From the NCBI GenBank assembly GCA_965140785.1, contig OZ223475.1, forward strand, positions 32,001-96,000: a DNA stretch of 64,000 bases, given 5' to 3'. Shown in pieces: positions 8,684-18,400 of the stretch. The position numbers and the translations under genes are program-made. The DNA is from an uncultured Ruficoccus sp. (GTDB taxonomy: Bacteria; Verrucomicrobiota; Verrucomicrobiia; Opitutales; Cerasicoccaceae). The stretch's first letter is position 1, and each line of letters begins with the position of its first letter. Below the pieces are notes generated by a model. It was not told the DNA's origin. It did no database searches and saw only the letters and a program-made list of their open reading frames with translations.

Positions 8684-10468
8684 ATGAATACCCGTATGAG
8701 TACAATCTCTCGGTACCGTCTGGTTTGGGTGGTGTTTCTGCTGCTGCTGGCAGGTTTTCTCGCCAACAGTATCAGCAGCTACTATGTCTCCCGGGCCGAG
8801 GTGCGCGAGACGATCACCGAGAGTTCCCTGCCGCTGACTTCCGACAACATCTACTCGGTCATCCAGCGGGATCTGCTGCATCCCATCTTCATTTCCTCCA
8901 TGATGGCTAACGACGCCTTCTTGCGCGACTGGACGCTAGCCGGGGAGAAAGATGTAACGCAGATGCAGCGCTACCTGCAGGAAATCCGGCGTGAATTCGA
9001 CACGGTCAGCAGCTTTTTCATTTCCGAAAAGTCCCGTAATTATTACTACAGTGATGGCATCCTCAAACAAGTCTCCGAGGACGAGCCGCGCGACCTGTGG
9101 TACTACCGCGTCCGCCAGATGGAGCAGCCCTTCGAGATCAACGTGGACCCCGACATGGCCAACCACGATGCGCTCACCGTTTTCGTCAACTACCGCGTTT
9201 TCGACTATGACAACAATTTCATCGGGGCGACCGGCACCGGGCTCACCGTCAAGCGCGTCAATGCACTGATCGAGCACTACGAAAAGCGGTTTAACCGAGA
9301 GATATTCTTCGTCAACGATGAAGGCCGTATCGTGCTCTGTCCCCGCGACAGCAGCCTTTCCTCCTATGAAGAGCTCGCCGAGGTACCCGGCCTGACGGGT
9401 AAGGTGGATGAACTGCTGCACGGCCAGGAGGAGATCAAACTGAGGTATGAGCGCGATGGTAAAACATACTTCCTGAACAGCCGCTGGGTGCCGGAGTTGC
9501 ATTGGTATCTTATGGTTGAGCAGTCGGAGGATGAACTGCTGTCGCCGCTGCGCCATACCCTGGCGCTGAACATTCTGCTGGCACTGGTCATTACCGCCAT
9601 CGTCTCGGGGATGTGTTTGTCGGTCATCAGCCTGCATCAGAAGCGCCTGAAGGCCCGCAACGCGGAACTCTCGGCCAAAAATGCGGAAATCCAGATGCAA
9701 AAGCAGGAACTGGAAAACTCGGCGCAGGCCTTGGCAGAGGCCAACGCCGCGCTTTCGGCCCTCAACCGCGAGAAGGACGAGTTTCTTGGGATTATCGCGC
9801 ATGACTTGCGGAGCCCTTTGGGCACGATCCTGGGCCTGTGCCTCCTGATTGAGGACGAGTTGGCGAATTCCCCGGGAGGGGCCCTCGAATTCCTCAAGGA
9901 TATCCAAAAAAGCAGCCTGCATATGCAGGAACTCATTGGAGACCTGTTGGACATCAGCTCGATCGAGAGTTTCCACGGCCAGGTTGATCTGGAACCGTGT
10001 GTCTGGAATCGCCTGGCTACGGACGTTCGGGATCGTTTCAGAGCACAGGCCGCGGCCAAGGAGATTCAACTGAAGACCCGTCTCGATGCCCCCGAAGGGG
10101 AGGAGGTGCTTACCCGTGTCAAGTGGATGACCATCTGCCTGAACAATCTCGTCAATAACGCGATCAAGTATTCCCCCCATGGCAGCCAGGTATGGATCGA
10201 GACCGCAGTGGCGGCCGACGGTGCCGCCGAAGTGCGTGTGCGCGACGAGGGGCCCGGTATTTCCGAGGAAGAGCACGACCGGTTGTTCCAAAAGTTCAGC
10301 CGGCTTTCATCTCGGCCAACAGGGGGCGAGCAATCCAGCGGCCTGGGCCTGTATATCGTGCACAAGATGTGCCAGCGCCTCGGGGCAACGGTCGAGCTAC
10401 AGGCGGATACGAAAAAAGGGTGCTGCTTCATTATCCGCCACCCCCGCCACAGCACGAAGCGGATCTAG
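8684..10468 (+). CDS. Membrane sensor histidine kinase with a Cache-like periplasmic domain
   Basis: Two TM helices, coiled coil, H-box AHDLRSPL, N-box NLVNNAIKYS, DEGPGI, SGLGL. Confidence 0.9.
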   Translation: MNTRMSTISRYRLVWVVFLLLLAGFLANSISSYYVSRAEVRETITESSLPLTSDNIYSVIQRDLLHPIFISSMMANDAFLRDWTLAGEKDVTQMQRYLQEIRREFDTVSSFFISEKSRNYYYSDGILKQVSEDEPRDLWYYRVRQMEQPFEINVDPDMANHDALTVFVNYRVFDYDNNFIGATGTGLTVKRVNALIEHYEKRFNREIFFVNDEGRIVLCPRDSSLSSYEELAEVPGLTGKVDELLHGQEEIKLRYERDGKTYFLNSRWVPELHWYLMVEQSEDELLSPLRHTLALNILLALVITAIVSGMCLSVISLHQKRLKARNAELSAKNAEIQMQKQELENSAQALAEANAALSALNREKDEFLGIIAHDLRSPLGTILGLCLLIEDELANSPGGALEFLKDIQKSSLHMQELIGDLLDISSIESFHGQVDLEPCVWNRLATDVRDRFRAQAAAKEIQLKTRLDAPEGEEVLTRVKWMTICLNNLVNNAIKYSPHGSQVWIETAVAADGAAEVRVRDEGPGISEEEHDRLFQKFSRLSSRPTGGEQSSGLGLYIVHKMCQRLGATVELQADTKKGCCFIIRHPRHSTKRI

Positions 10469-10581
10469 GCAGTGTTGGCACCATACGCAACGAACGTACG
10501 GCGACTGGTTTTTACAACCTCGGCCCCGGGCAAAAAAGCGTTGCGAAATCGGCGGCGGGCGTTTTGCTTTTACGCCTTCAC

Positions 10582-10626
10582 ATGCGTTTCATCGTCACCA
10601 CTCTCGCCATTGCGCGAATTCGGTAG
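10582..10626 (+). promoter_or_regulatory. Putative leader peptide MRFIVTTLAIARIR upstream of cimA
   Basis: 14-codon ORF with 3 Ile, 1 Val, 1 Leu and 2 Thr, ending 133 nt before cimA; GC hairpin GACGGC-ATTTT-GCCGTC at about 10705-10721. Confidence 0.55.
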
Positions 10627-10759
10627 CCCGGGATCCTTTCCGGGCCAAGGTTGGCATGTGACTTACGGAGGGGATTTCCGGGCCGGGCAAAAAGCTCACG
10701 GTGGGACGGCATTTTGCCGTCAGCAAACGCGTTTTTAATTTTCCAGTAAAAATTTCCCC

Positions 10760-12346
10760 ATGAACCCGAAATCCAACGTTTTTATCTATGACACCACCCT
10801 GCGCGATGGCACGCAGGGCGAAGGGGTTTCCTACTCCGTCTCGGCCAAACTCCGCGTGGCCGAAAAGCTCGACCAGTTCGGCGTGGACTACATCGAGGGC
10901 GGCTGGCCCGGCTCAAACCCGCGCGACGTGGACTTTTTCCAGCAGGCCAAAAGCCTGGAGCTGACGCACGCCAAGATCGCGGCCTTCGGCTCGACCCGCC
11001 GCGCCAACACGCCTGTCGATCAGGACCCGCAGGTCGCCCTCCTGCTGGAGGCTGAGACGCCGGTTGTGACCATTTTTGGCAAGACCTGGCTCATGCACGT
11101 GACGGAGGTCATCCGCACCACCGCCGAGGAGAACCTCGCCATGATCGAGGACACCGTGCGCCACCTCAAGTCCCATGGGCGCGAAGTCCACTACGACGCC
11201 GAGCACTTTTTCGACGGGTACAAGGATAACCCCGATTATGCGCTCAAGACGCTGGAGGCGGCCCGGCGGGGCGGGGCGGATTTCCTCACCCTCTGCGATA
11301 CCAACGGCGGCATCATGGTCCACGAGGTTTCCGAGATCGTCCAAACCGTAGTCAGCCGTTTCCCGGACGCGAAGATCGGCATGCACTGCCACAATGACTG
11401 CGGCCTCGGCGTGGCGGTCAGCCTGGCTGGGGTCCGAGAGGGCGCCTGCATCGTCCAGGGCACGATGAACGGCTTTGGCGAGCGCAACGGCAACGCCAAC
11501 CTCACCAGCATCATCGCCAACCTTTCCCTCAAGCTCGGCTACGACATCCATTGCGCGGCCAACTTGAACAAGCTGCGCGACATCTCGCTTTTCGTGGATG
11601 AGATGGCCAACCTGCGGCCCGACATCCGCGCGCCCTTCGTCGGGGCGGCCTCATTCGTCCACAAGGGCGGAGTCCACGCCGACGCGGTCAACAAGGTCAA
11701 ACACTCCTACGAGCACATCCGCCCCGAGGACGTGGGCAACCGCACACGCGTGCTCGTCTCCGACATGTCCGGGCGCTCCTCGGTCATGATGAAGGCCAAC
11801 GAGCTGGGCCTCAATGTCGATCCGAAGTCCCCGCAGATGAAGGAGTTTCTGGAGGAGCTCAAGTCGCTCGAATACCGCGGCTACGAGTATGAGGCCGCCG
11901 ACGCCTCCTTCCGGCTCATGCTGGCCCGCTTCCTCAAGAACAAGCCCGATCACTTCGAGGTCATCCACTACCGCGTCATCGACGTGCACGGCGAGTGGAA
12001 AGACGAGCTTACCTCCGAGGCCTCGGTCAAGCTCCGCATCAACGGCGAGCCCTACCACACGGTGGCTGAGGCGACCGGCCCGGTCGGCGCTCTCGACCTT
12101 GCCATCCGCAAGGCCCTGGAGCAGGTTTACCCGCAGATCAGCAGCGTCAAACTGACCGACTTCAAGGTCCGCATCCTCGACGGCAAGCAGGGCGCCGACT
12201 CCATCATCCGCGTCCAGATCGAATCCACTGACGGCGAGGAAATCTGGGGCACCGTCGGCGCCTCCGACGACATCATCGAGGCCTCCTGGGAAGCCCTCCT
12301 GGACTCCTACGAGTACAAGCTCCTCCTCGACGCCGGCCAGCCGTAG
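10760..12346 (+). CDS. cimA: Citramalate synthase
   Basis: YDTTLRDGTQGEG, IEGGWPGSNP, AFGSTRR, DAEHFFDG, LCDTNGG, HCHNDCG, GERNGNANL, HKGGVH; C-terminal regulatory domain WGTVGASDDIIEASWEAL. Confidence 0.9.
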   Translation: MNPKSNVFIYDTTLRDGTQGEGVSYSVSAKLRVAEKLDQFGVDYIEGGWPGSNPRDVDFFQQAKSLELTHAKIAAFGSTRRANTPVDQDPQVALLLEAETPVVTIFGKTWLMHVTEVIRTTAEENLAMIEDTVRHLKSHGREVHYDAEHFFDGYKDNPDYALKTLEAARRGGADFLTLCDTNGGIMVHEVSEIVQTVVSRFPDAKIGMHCHNDCGLGVAVSLAGVREGACIVQGTMNGFGERNGNANLTSIIANLSLKLGYDIHCAANLNKLRDISLFVDEMANLRPDIRAPFVGAASFVHKGGVHADAVNKVKHSYEHIRPEDVGNRTRVLVSDMSGRSSVMMKANELGLNVDPKSPQMKEFLEELKSLEYRGYEYEAADASFRLMLARFLKNKPDHFEVIHYRVIDVHGEWKDELTSEASVKLRINGEPYHTVAEATGPVGALDLAIRKALEQVYPQISSVKLTDFKVRILDGKQGADSIIRVQIESTDGEEIWGTVGASDDIIEASWEALLDSYEYKLLLDAGQP

Positions 12347-12373
12347 TTTCCGGGCTTACGCAGCCCAGCCCGG

Positions 12374-12533
12374 GTTGCACCCGGTGGCATTGAGGGGGAC
12401 AAGCCCCCCTACGCCGCCAAAAGGCGACTACTCCTGATTGTTTGGTCGGCCACTCTTAGATGAAATATTGGTGTCGGGGCAGGAGCCTTTCTGGCTCCGA
12501 TGGGGCAGCGCCCCATCCAGATGCGTAGCATCT
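12374..12533. repeat. Intergenic cluster of REP-like GC hairpins between convergent genes
   Basis: AGGGGG-ACAAGC-CCCCCT, GGAGCC-TTTCT-GGCTCC, GATGGGGC-AGC-GCCCCATC, AGATGC-GTA-GCATCT. Confidence 0.65.
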
Positions 12534-12544
12534 AAGGTGAAGGA

Positions 12545-13420
12545 CTATGTCCTTCCGCCGGTGAGGGCGAGGACTTCGTGGAAGGTCTTGCGGTCCTCGT
12601 CGGTGGTGCGCTCGTCGAGATCGAAGGAGCGGATCATCTCGTCGATATTGAGGCGGTCGCGCAGGCGGGCATCGACCAGGAGGCGGTAGGCGAGGTCGGG
12701 AGTCTGGTACCAGTGGGATTCGAGTTGCTTGGCGATGTCGCACAGCTCGTCCACCGTGATGTCCGAGAAGTGGCAGACGCCCTTCAGGTAGGCGCGCACG
12801 GCGGAGCCTTTTTTAAACTGCTGGGGCGAGAAAAAGTGGGAGAGGATGGCGCCGATGGTGACGAGGGCGCGGGTGAGCTTGTTCGCGCGGTCCTTGGGGG
12901 CGCGGTGCCAGTACTGCTCAAAGGCTTTCTCGAAGCCCGGCATGGCCAGGAATTGCGCGAAGTCCTCCTCGCGCTCGGATTCGGAGGGGAGGAACTCCCC
13001 CTCGGCCTGGTCTGACGGGGCTTTGGGGCGGCGCAGCAGGCGGAAAGGCAGTCCGCCCGGGGAGGGCGAGAGCCAGTCGCGGATGAGCGGGTGGCGTGCG
13101 GCGGCTTTTTCCAGGTCGTCCGGCAGGCAGCTGAGCATCCACGTGGCCAGCGTCTGCCGGGATTTGCTGGTGGGGACCAGCTTCTCGATCCGGTGGGTCA
13201 GGTAACGCTCTTCGTTGACGGTGGGGGCGCTCTCCTCGTACAGCTCGATCAGACGCCGGTCCTCGGCCTTGAGCATATCGAGCTGCTGCGTGACTGCGCG
13301 CAGCTTCGTCCAGTTTTCGCGCAACACCTTGCCGGCGATTTCCCAGCTCAGGCAATAGGCCAGGCAGACGGACAGTCGCAGGGTCTCGGAGGAAAACTGA
13401 GGCGGCGGCACCTTTATCAT
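12545..13420 (-). CDS. Hypothetical protein
   Basis: 291-aa ORF with genome-typical codon usage; no family recognised. Confidence 0.7.
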   Translation of the reverse strand: MIKVPPPQFSSETLRLSVCLAYCLSWEIAGKVLRENWTKLRAVTQQLDMLKAEDRRLIELYEESAPTVNEERYLTHRIEKLVPTSKSRQTLATWMLSCLPDDLEKAAARHPLIRDWLSPSPGGLPFRLLRRPKAPSDQAEGEFLPSESEREEDFAQFLAMPGFEKAFEQYWHRAPKDRANKLTRALVTIGAILSHFFSPQQFKKGSAVRAYLKGVCHFSDITVDELCDIAKQLESHWYQTPDLAYRLLVDARLRDRLNIDEMIRSFDLDERTTDEDRKTFHEVLALTGGRT

Positions 13421-13570
13421 GCGAGATCTATCAGCATCACCAAAAGCCTTCCCCCGTCAACGCAACTTGGCGGCTACGGCTAATATTTTGTCCGGCGGCA
13501 CTCGCGCCTTAATCAGTCACTCTCGGGTTAACATGGCTGGAAGCAGCGCAAGGCCGCCGGTTCGTCCGGT

Positions 13571-13825
13571 TCAGGCGTCGATCTCGACGTCTTCGGTCGG
13601 GACGCTGCAACAGAGCAGAATGTGGTCGTCGTCGGGCACGCCGTCGTGGCCTTCGGGGTAGTTCACCGCGCCGGCGACCAGGCGCTGCTGGCAGGCGGTG
13701 CAACTGCCCATCCGGCAGCCGAAGTCCAAGCTCAGCCCCTCGGCCTCGGCCAGCTCAAGCAGGCTCTCGTGTTCGCCGGTCCACTCGGCGCTGACGCCGG
13801 ATTGCAGGAAGGTCACCTTTGGCAT
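13571..13825 (-). CDS. 2Fe-2S ferredoxin
   Basis: GCRMGSCTAC...LLCC plant-type motif; start at MPKVTF. Confidence 0.9.
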   Translation of the reverse strand: MPKVTFLQSGVSAEWTGEHESLLELAEAEGLSLDFGCRMGSCTACQQRLVAGAVNYPEGHDGVPDDDHILLCCSVPTEDVEIDA

Positions 13826-13924
13826 GATAGGCCTACGATAAACCCGCCGGATCGGCTTTGCAAGGAGGGAAGGGCAACCTGGGAGCGGCTTTGCTGGGGG
13901 CACTCGACTGAGCAGGCGGCGGCC

Positions 13925-14686
13925 TCAATCCACCGTGGCGGTGGCGGCCAGAGGTTTTGCCCGCTCTACAATGCGGTTATGAGGGATGATGAGCACCGCC
14001 TGGCTCCCTTGGGGGTCGAGAAGACGCTCGATCCGCTTGAGTTCGGACCGGTTGGCTTTCAAATCTTTTTCGAGTCGTTTAAGGGGGGCCTGCTCGGCTG
14101 GCGTTAGAGGCGATGTCCGGGCTGCTTCGCGGTAGCGCGCGAGTTTCGCCCGTTGTTCCGTGATTGTGGCGCGGAGTTGTCGGGCCTTGTCCGGCATGGT
14201 TTTGGCTTCGGCCATGGAGGCTTCGACCCGTTCGCGGACTTCGTGCTTCACGAATTCGTCCGCGTAAAAATTGGCGGTCAGCGCGGCTATCTCCGTGTCG
14301 GGATGGGAAAAGCCGATCCGCACCCGGCGGGCGGACAGGTTCCGCTCGACCGAGCGGTATTTGAACACGACCTCGGCCACGGTCGGGGGCTTCTCCTGCG
14401 TACCGGTCGCGAGATACGGTGCCAGCAAGCGCGTCCGTTGCTCGTCCGAAAAGCGCCCGGCAACGGCTTCGGCCAAGGCAGGCTGGTCGAAAATAGCGGT
14501 GCGCGTGGCATACTCCTCCTCGCTTATAGGTGGCTGCTTCTGGGTATCGGTCTGAAGTACGGTAGGCGCGCCGCCCAGCAACTCGATAGTCGCTTCCGCG
14601 TAATAAAGCTCATCGGCCCGCAGTCCGGCGAAAGGCCCGCCCGCGAACAACAGTAGAAGTAAAAATCGGGGCTGGGGTCGTCTCAC
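13925..14686 (-). CDS. Exported protein resembling the Wzz/Wzc (GumC) periplasmic region
   Basis: Signal peptide, YYAEATIEL, VRIGFSHPDTEIAALTANFYADEF, coiled coil, RIVERAKP. Confidence 0.55.
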   Translation of the reverse strand: MRRPQPRFLLLLLFAGGPFAGLRADELYYAEATIELLGGAPTVLQTDTQKQPPISEEEYATRTAIFDQPALAEAVAGRFSDEQRTRLLAPYLATGTQEKPPTVAEVVFKYRSVERNLSARRVRIGFSHPDTEIAALTANFYADEFVKHEVRERVEASMAEAKTMPDKARQLRATITEQRAKLARYREAARTSPLTPAEQAPLKRLEKDLKANRSELKRIERLLDPQGSQAVLIIPHNRIVERAKPLAATATVD

Positions 14687-14725
14687 GGTGGGAAAGGCGG
14701 GGAGAAGGTCCAGAATCGGAATGGC

Positions 14726-15877
14726 TCAGCTTTTCGGTCGGGTTTTTTGGAAATATTGGTGCAGCAGCTCCTCGACGGAGGCGCCGACACTGATTTGGCC
14801 GGCCTTGATCTCGGCCTCCATCTGCGGCAGGCGCTCCTTGATCAGCGGGTCGCGGAAAAACCGCGTCTTGAGCCCCTCTTCGATCAGGGCGTGCATCCAC
14901 TCGATCTCCTGGCGCTGGCGGCGCTTTTCGAAGACGCCGCTCTCGCGGGTGCTGGTGTAGAAGCGCTCAATCGTGCCCCACACCTCGTCCACACCGAATC
15001 CGGTCTGGGCCGAGCAGACGCCCGCGGTCGGCTTCCAGCCCTCGGTGGTGGGGTGCAGGTAGCGCAACACGCTGTGCAACTCGGAGCGCTTGGCCTTGGC
15101 GCTGTCGAGGTTGGAGCCGTCTGCCTTGTTGACAAAAATCGCGTCGGAGAGCTCGATCACGCCCTTTTTAATCCCCTGAAGCTCGTCCCCCTGGCCCGAA
15201 AGCATGAGCAGGAGAAAAAAGTCCACCATGGAGCGGACCGTGACCTCGCTCTGGCCTACGCCGACTGTCTCGACCAGAATCACGTCAAAGCCCGCCGCCT
15301 CGCACAGAACCATCGTTTCGCGGCTCTTGCGGGCGACACCGCCGAGGGTGCCGCTGGAGGGGGAGGGGCGGATAAAGGCGTCCGGACGCCGTGAAAGCAA
15401 CTCCATGCGGGTCTTGTCCCCAAGCACGCTGCCTCCGCTGACGGTGCTGCTGGGGTCCACGGCGAGCACGGCCACCTTCTTGCCCATTTCGCACAGCATC
15501 ATGCCGAAGGCTTCGATAAAGGTGCTCTTGCCCACGCCCGGCACACCGGTGATGCCGATGCGGGCGGCATTGCCCGCCTCGGGCATGAGGGCGTTGAGGA
15601 CCGTCTGAGCCATCTCCTGGTGCGCGGGGGCGTTACTCTCAACCAGGGTGATGGCGCGGGCGAGGATGGTGCGGTTGTGCTGGCGGATGCCCTCGATGTA
15701 GTCCTCCGCGCTGAGCACGCGCCGCTTCTTCAGCTTGGTGCGAATGGCGGTGTTGTGAACGCTCTGTCCGGGCATGCCGTCATGCCCGCCCTGCACGCCC
15801 TTCATTACTTCGGTCGTAAATGCCTGTCCGTCGGCGCCCGTGGGCACCCATTCCGGTCGTTGCTTATCCTGAGCCAT
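14726..15877 (-). CDS. meaB: Methylmalonyl-CoA mutase-associated GTPase MeaB
   Basis: LARAITLVES, GITGVPGVGKST, AVDPSS, LGDKTRM, ETVGVGQSE, GDELQGIKKG, NKAD. Confidence 0.93.
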   Translation of the reverse strand: MAQDKQRPEWVPTGADGQAFTTEVMKGVQGGHDGMPGQSVHNTAIRTKLKKRRVLSAEDYIEGIRQHNRTILARAITLVESNAPAHQEMAQTVLNALMPEAGNAARIGITGVPGVGKSTFIEAFGMMLCEMGKKVAVLAVDPSSTVSGGSVLGDKTRMELLSRRPDAFIRPSPSSGTLGGVARKSRETMVLCEAAGFDVILVETVGVGQSEVTVRSMVDFFLLLMLSGQGDELQGIKKGVIELSDAIFVNKADGSNLDSAKAKRSELHSVLRYLHPTTEGWKPTAGVCSAQTGFGVDEVWGTIERFYTSTRESGVFEKRRQRQEIEWMHALIEEGLKTRFFRDPLIKERLPQMEAEIKAGQISVGASVEELLHQYFQKTRPKS

Positions 15878-15960
15878 GTAAATGGCATTGTCCGGGCGAG
15901 GCTGGATGCGTCAAATGCATTTCGCCACCCCGGCCGGATGAAGAGGTCCGCTTGCCGCGG

Positions 15961-18318
15961 CTATGGCGTCAGCTTATAGGCATGCCGGCCAGTGACGGTG
16001 ATCGGCTTGTGCCCGGGCAGGGTGAGGGTGGCCTTGACGCCGCGGGGCAGCTTGAGTTCGCCTTCGATCGTGTTGCCCTTGCGCTGCCAGCAGGAGACGA
16101 GGTCGCCCTTCGGGCTGGGGATGCGGATCGCGGCGTGATCCCCCTCGAAATGCGGGGCGCAGGTGATTGCCTCCCAGCCGGGCGCGCTCTGGCGGACACC
16201 GCCCAGGATCTGCATGAGGTGGAAAAGCGGATGGGCCGACCAGGCATGGGAAAAACTCTCTGCGGCCAGGACCGGATCAAAGTTTTCCCAGGTCGTGCCG
16301 TGGGCGACCATCGGCGTCCAGCGGCGACGGATGACCTCCAGCACCTCCGCCGCATGCCCCCGCTCGGCCAGGGCGCTGAATATATAAGTGATCCAGTAAG
16401 CCGAGGGCTGGATGTCGGTCTTGAGCGTGCCGCGCAGGGCGGGCAGGAGGCGTTTTTCGAGCATCGTCTGCTCGTGTTCGGGGCACAGACCGGTGATCAA
16501 CGCCAGCGTCTGGGCATGGACGGAGGTGGACGGGTCGATTTTTCCTTGCTCGGTATAACCGTCCCGCATCAGGCCGCTGCGTTTGTCGATCAGCTTGCTC
16601 AGGTTTCCCCTCAGGGATTTCGCCCACCGGCGGCAGGCGGCGGCTGACTTTTTATCCCCTGTCAGGGTGTACATCTGGCTCAGGCGGTCGAGCGCGTGCA
16701 GCAGCCACAGGTTGTAAACGCTCGAGCAGCCCTCGCGCCGAATCCCCGTCCAGTCGAGGAAAAGCCAGTAGCGCTTGTCATAGCGGAGCAGGCCGGTTTT
16801 TTCGTCCGTCCACTGGCGGAAGTACGCCAGCGCGCCGCGGATCGTCTCCTGATGAGCCTGGAAGGGCTCCAGCGAACCGGTCTGCCAGTAGTAGTCCCAG
16901 AGGGTCAGCATCCAGATCAGGGTGAAGTCCGGCAGGATGCAGTTGTGAGCGATGGTCGGGGCATGCCCGTAGGTGACGCCGTCCGGCGTGGTCTGGGCGG
17001 CGATCTGCCGGATGCCGCGCCGGAACAGCCGGGCGTCGCCGTCGAGGTGAAAAGTGTTCCAAGCCTGCACGCGGGCATCGCCCCACCACTGAGCCTGCTC
17101 CCGGTGCGGGGTATCGACATAGGCGTCGAGGCTGCACACCCGCTGCGTCCAGGCACAGGTTTCCCAGATGGCCTTCAGCTGCTCGTCCGAGCTGTCGAAG
17201 CAGCCGTTATGCCGGAGCGGGTAGAGTGCGGTTCTCAGGCTGGGGGTGACGGTGAGCGGGCCGGCATTACCCCGCACGGTCAGCACCAGATAGCGAAAGC
17301 CGAATACCTGGTAAAAAGCATGCCGGTTCTGTCCCGGACGGCAGGTCAGCCGCTGACTGAACGCCATCCGGCAGTGGGCCTCGGGCTTGTAATGCGGGCA
17401 CAGGGTCTCCCGGTCGATCGTCTCGAAGTGGCAGGTCTCCACCATCTCGCCGCCCCGGGCTCCCTCGATATCGAGGATAACGCTGCCCACGTGCAGCTTG
17501 CCCAGATCGATCAAGACGCTGCGCCAGCCGTTTTTCGGCGAGCGCTTGAAGGGAATGTTTTCGATGTCTTTCTCAAAAGGCTCATGGGCCAGCCCTTCCT
17601 CGAAACGCGTCACGCTGAGGTTGCGGGTAGTCAGGACATCGGGCGCGTTGCTCCCGCAGGCCTGGCCGATTACCCGGCCGGGCCGGATCTCGTTCTCCTC
17701 CAGCATGGGCACACCTCGCTCCTCCAGCCCATACCAGGGCATGCCGTTCCAGCAGGTCCCATCCAAGGGGTGAGTCCAGTTAGAATCGTCGAAATCGGGC
17801 GACATCCACTCCGTGTCATCCACGCGCAGATCGATGACTTCCTGGGGAAAAAGTTGGAGGCTCCCGGGAACCATCTCCTTGCGGATGCTGGTCTGCGAAC
17901 AGGCTTTCCAATCCTTTGTCGTGAAAATCTCCGTCTGGCCCCACTTGGCCGCGACGAGCAGCCCGGCTTTGCCCTGGTTCAGGTACTGAAAATTACTCAG
18001 GCCGGGATTGTGTGCGCGAACGGCGAGCAGGTTTTTCCCTTTTTTTAGCCACCGGCTGACATCGACGAGATCATACGGCCAGCTGTGCTGGAACCCCCGC
18101 GCCGGCCCCCGGCACACGTATTCGCCATTGATGTACAGCTGGTAGGACTGGTCGGCAGTGATCAGCAGCGGCGCTTTTGACGGAACGGCCTTCAGACTGA
18201 AATAGTGTCGGAAGACCGCATACCGGTTGACCCGGTCCCAGTCGGCCTTGGTCGGCCAGATCCAGTCGGCTTTATCTAAAACCTCGGGAAGAGGGGAGGG
18301 GGCAACGGTCTTTTTCAT
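15961..18318 (-). CDS. Alpha-L-rhamnosidase-like glycoside hydrolase (GH78)
   Basis: ITADQSYQLYING, YVDTPHREQAQWWGD, FLDW, TTWENF, SFSHAWSAHP. Confidence 0.85.
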   Translation of the reverse strand: MKKTVAPSPLPEVLDKADWIWPTKADWDRVNRYAVFRHYFSLKAVPSKAPLLITADQSYQLYINGEYVCRGPARGFQHSWPYDLVDVSRWLKKGKNLLAVRAHNPGLSNFQYLNQGKAGLLVAAKWGQTEIFTTKDWKACSQTSIRKEMVPGSLQLFPQEVIDLRVDDTEWMSPDFDDSNWTHPLDGTCWNGMPWYGLEERGVPMLEENEIRPGRVIGQACGSNAPDVLTTRNLSVTRFEEGLAHEPFEKDIENIPFKRSPKNGWRSVLIDLGKLHVGSVILDIEGARGGEMVETCHFETIDRETLCPHYKPEAHCRMAFSQRLTCRPGQNRHAFYQVFGFRYLVLTVRGNAGPLTVTPSLRTALYPLRHNGCFDSSDEQLKAIWETCAWTQRVCSLDAYVDTPHREQAQWWGDARVQAWNTFHLDGDARLFRRGIRQIAAQTTPDGVTYGHAPTIAHNCILPDFTLIWMLTLWDYYWQTGSLEPFQAHQETIRGALAYFRQWTDEKTGLLRYDKRYWLFLDWTGIRREGCSSVYNLWLLHALDRLSQMYTLTGDKKSAAACRRWAKSLRGNLSKLIDKRSGLMRDGYTEQGKIDPSTSVHAQTLALITGLCPEHEQTMLEKRLLPALRGTLKTDIQPSAYWITYIFSALAERGHAAEVLEVIRRRWTPMVAHGTTWENFDPVLAAESFSHAWSAHPLFHLMQILGGVRQSAPGWEAITCAPHFEGDHAAIRIPSPKGDLVSCWQRKGNTIEGELKLPRGVKATLTLPGHKPITVTGRHAYKLTP

Positions 18319-18400
18319 GCTTCTATTTTAGAATAAATTAAAAAAAGGTGTTACCGAATTTTGAGTTTAAAAGTTCTCAAAAATTGACATCCTGTTATCT

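Noticed and set aside
8684..10468. Orphan histidine kinase as a novel system
   Set aside because: Ordinary architecture; orphan kinases are common and the partner may lie elsewhere
14726..15877. meaB without an adjacent mutase
   Set aside because: Unlinked meaB is not unusual; nothing else supports a special role
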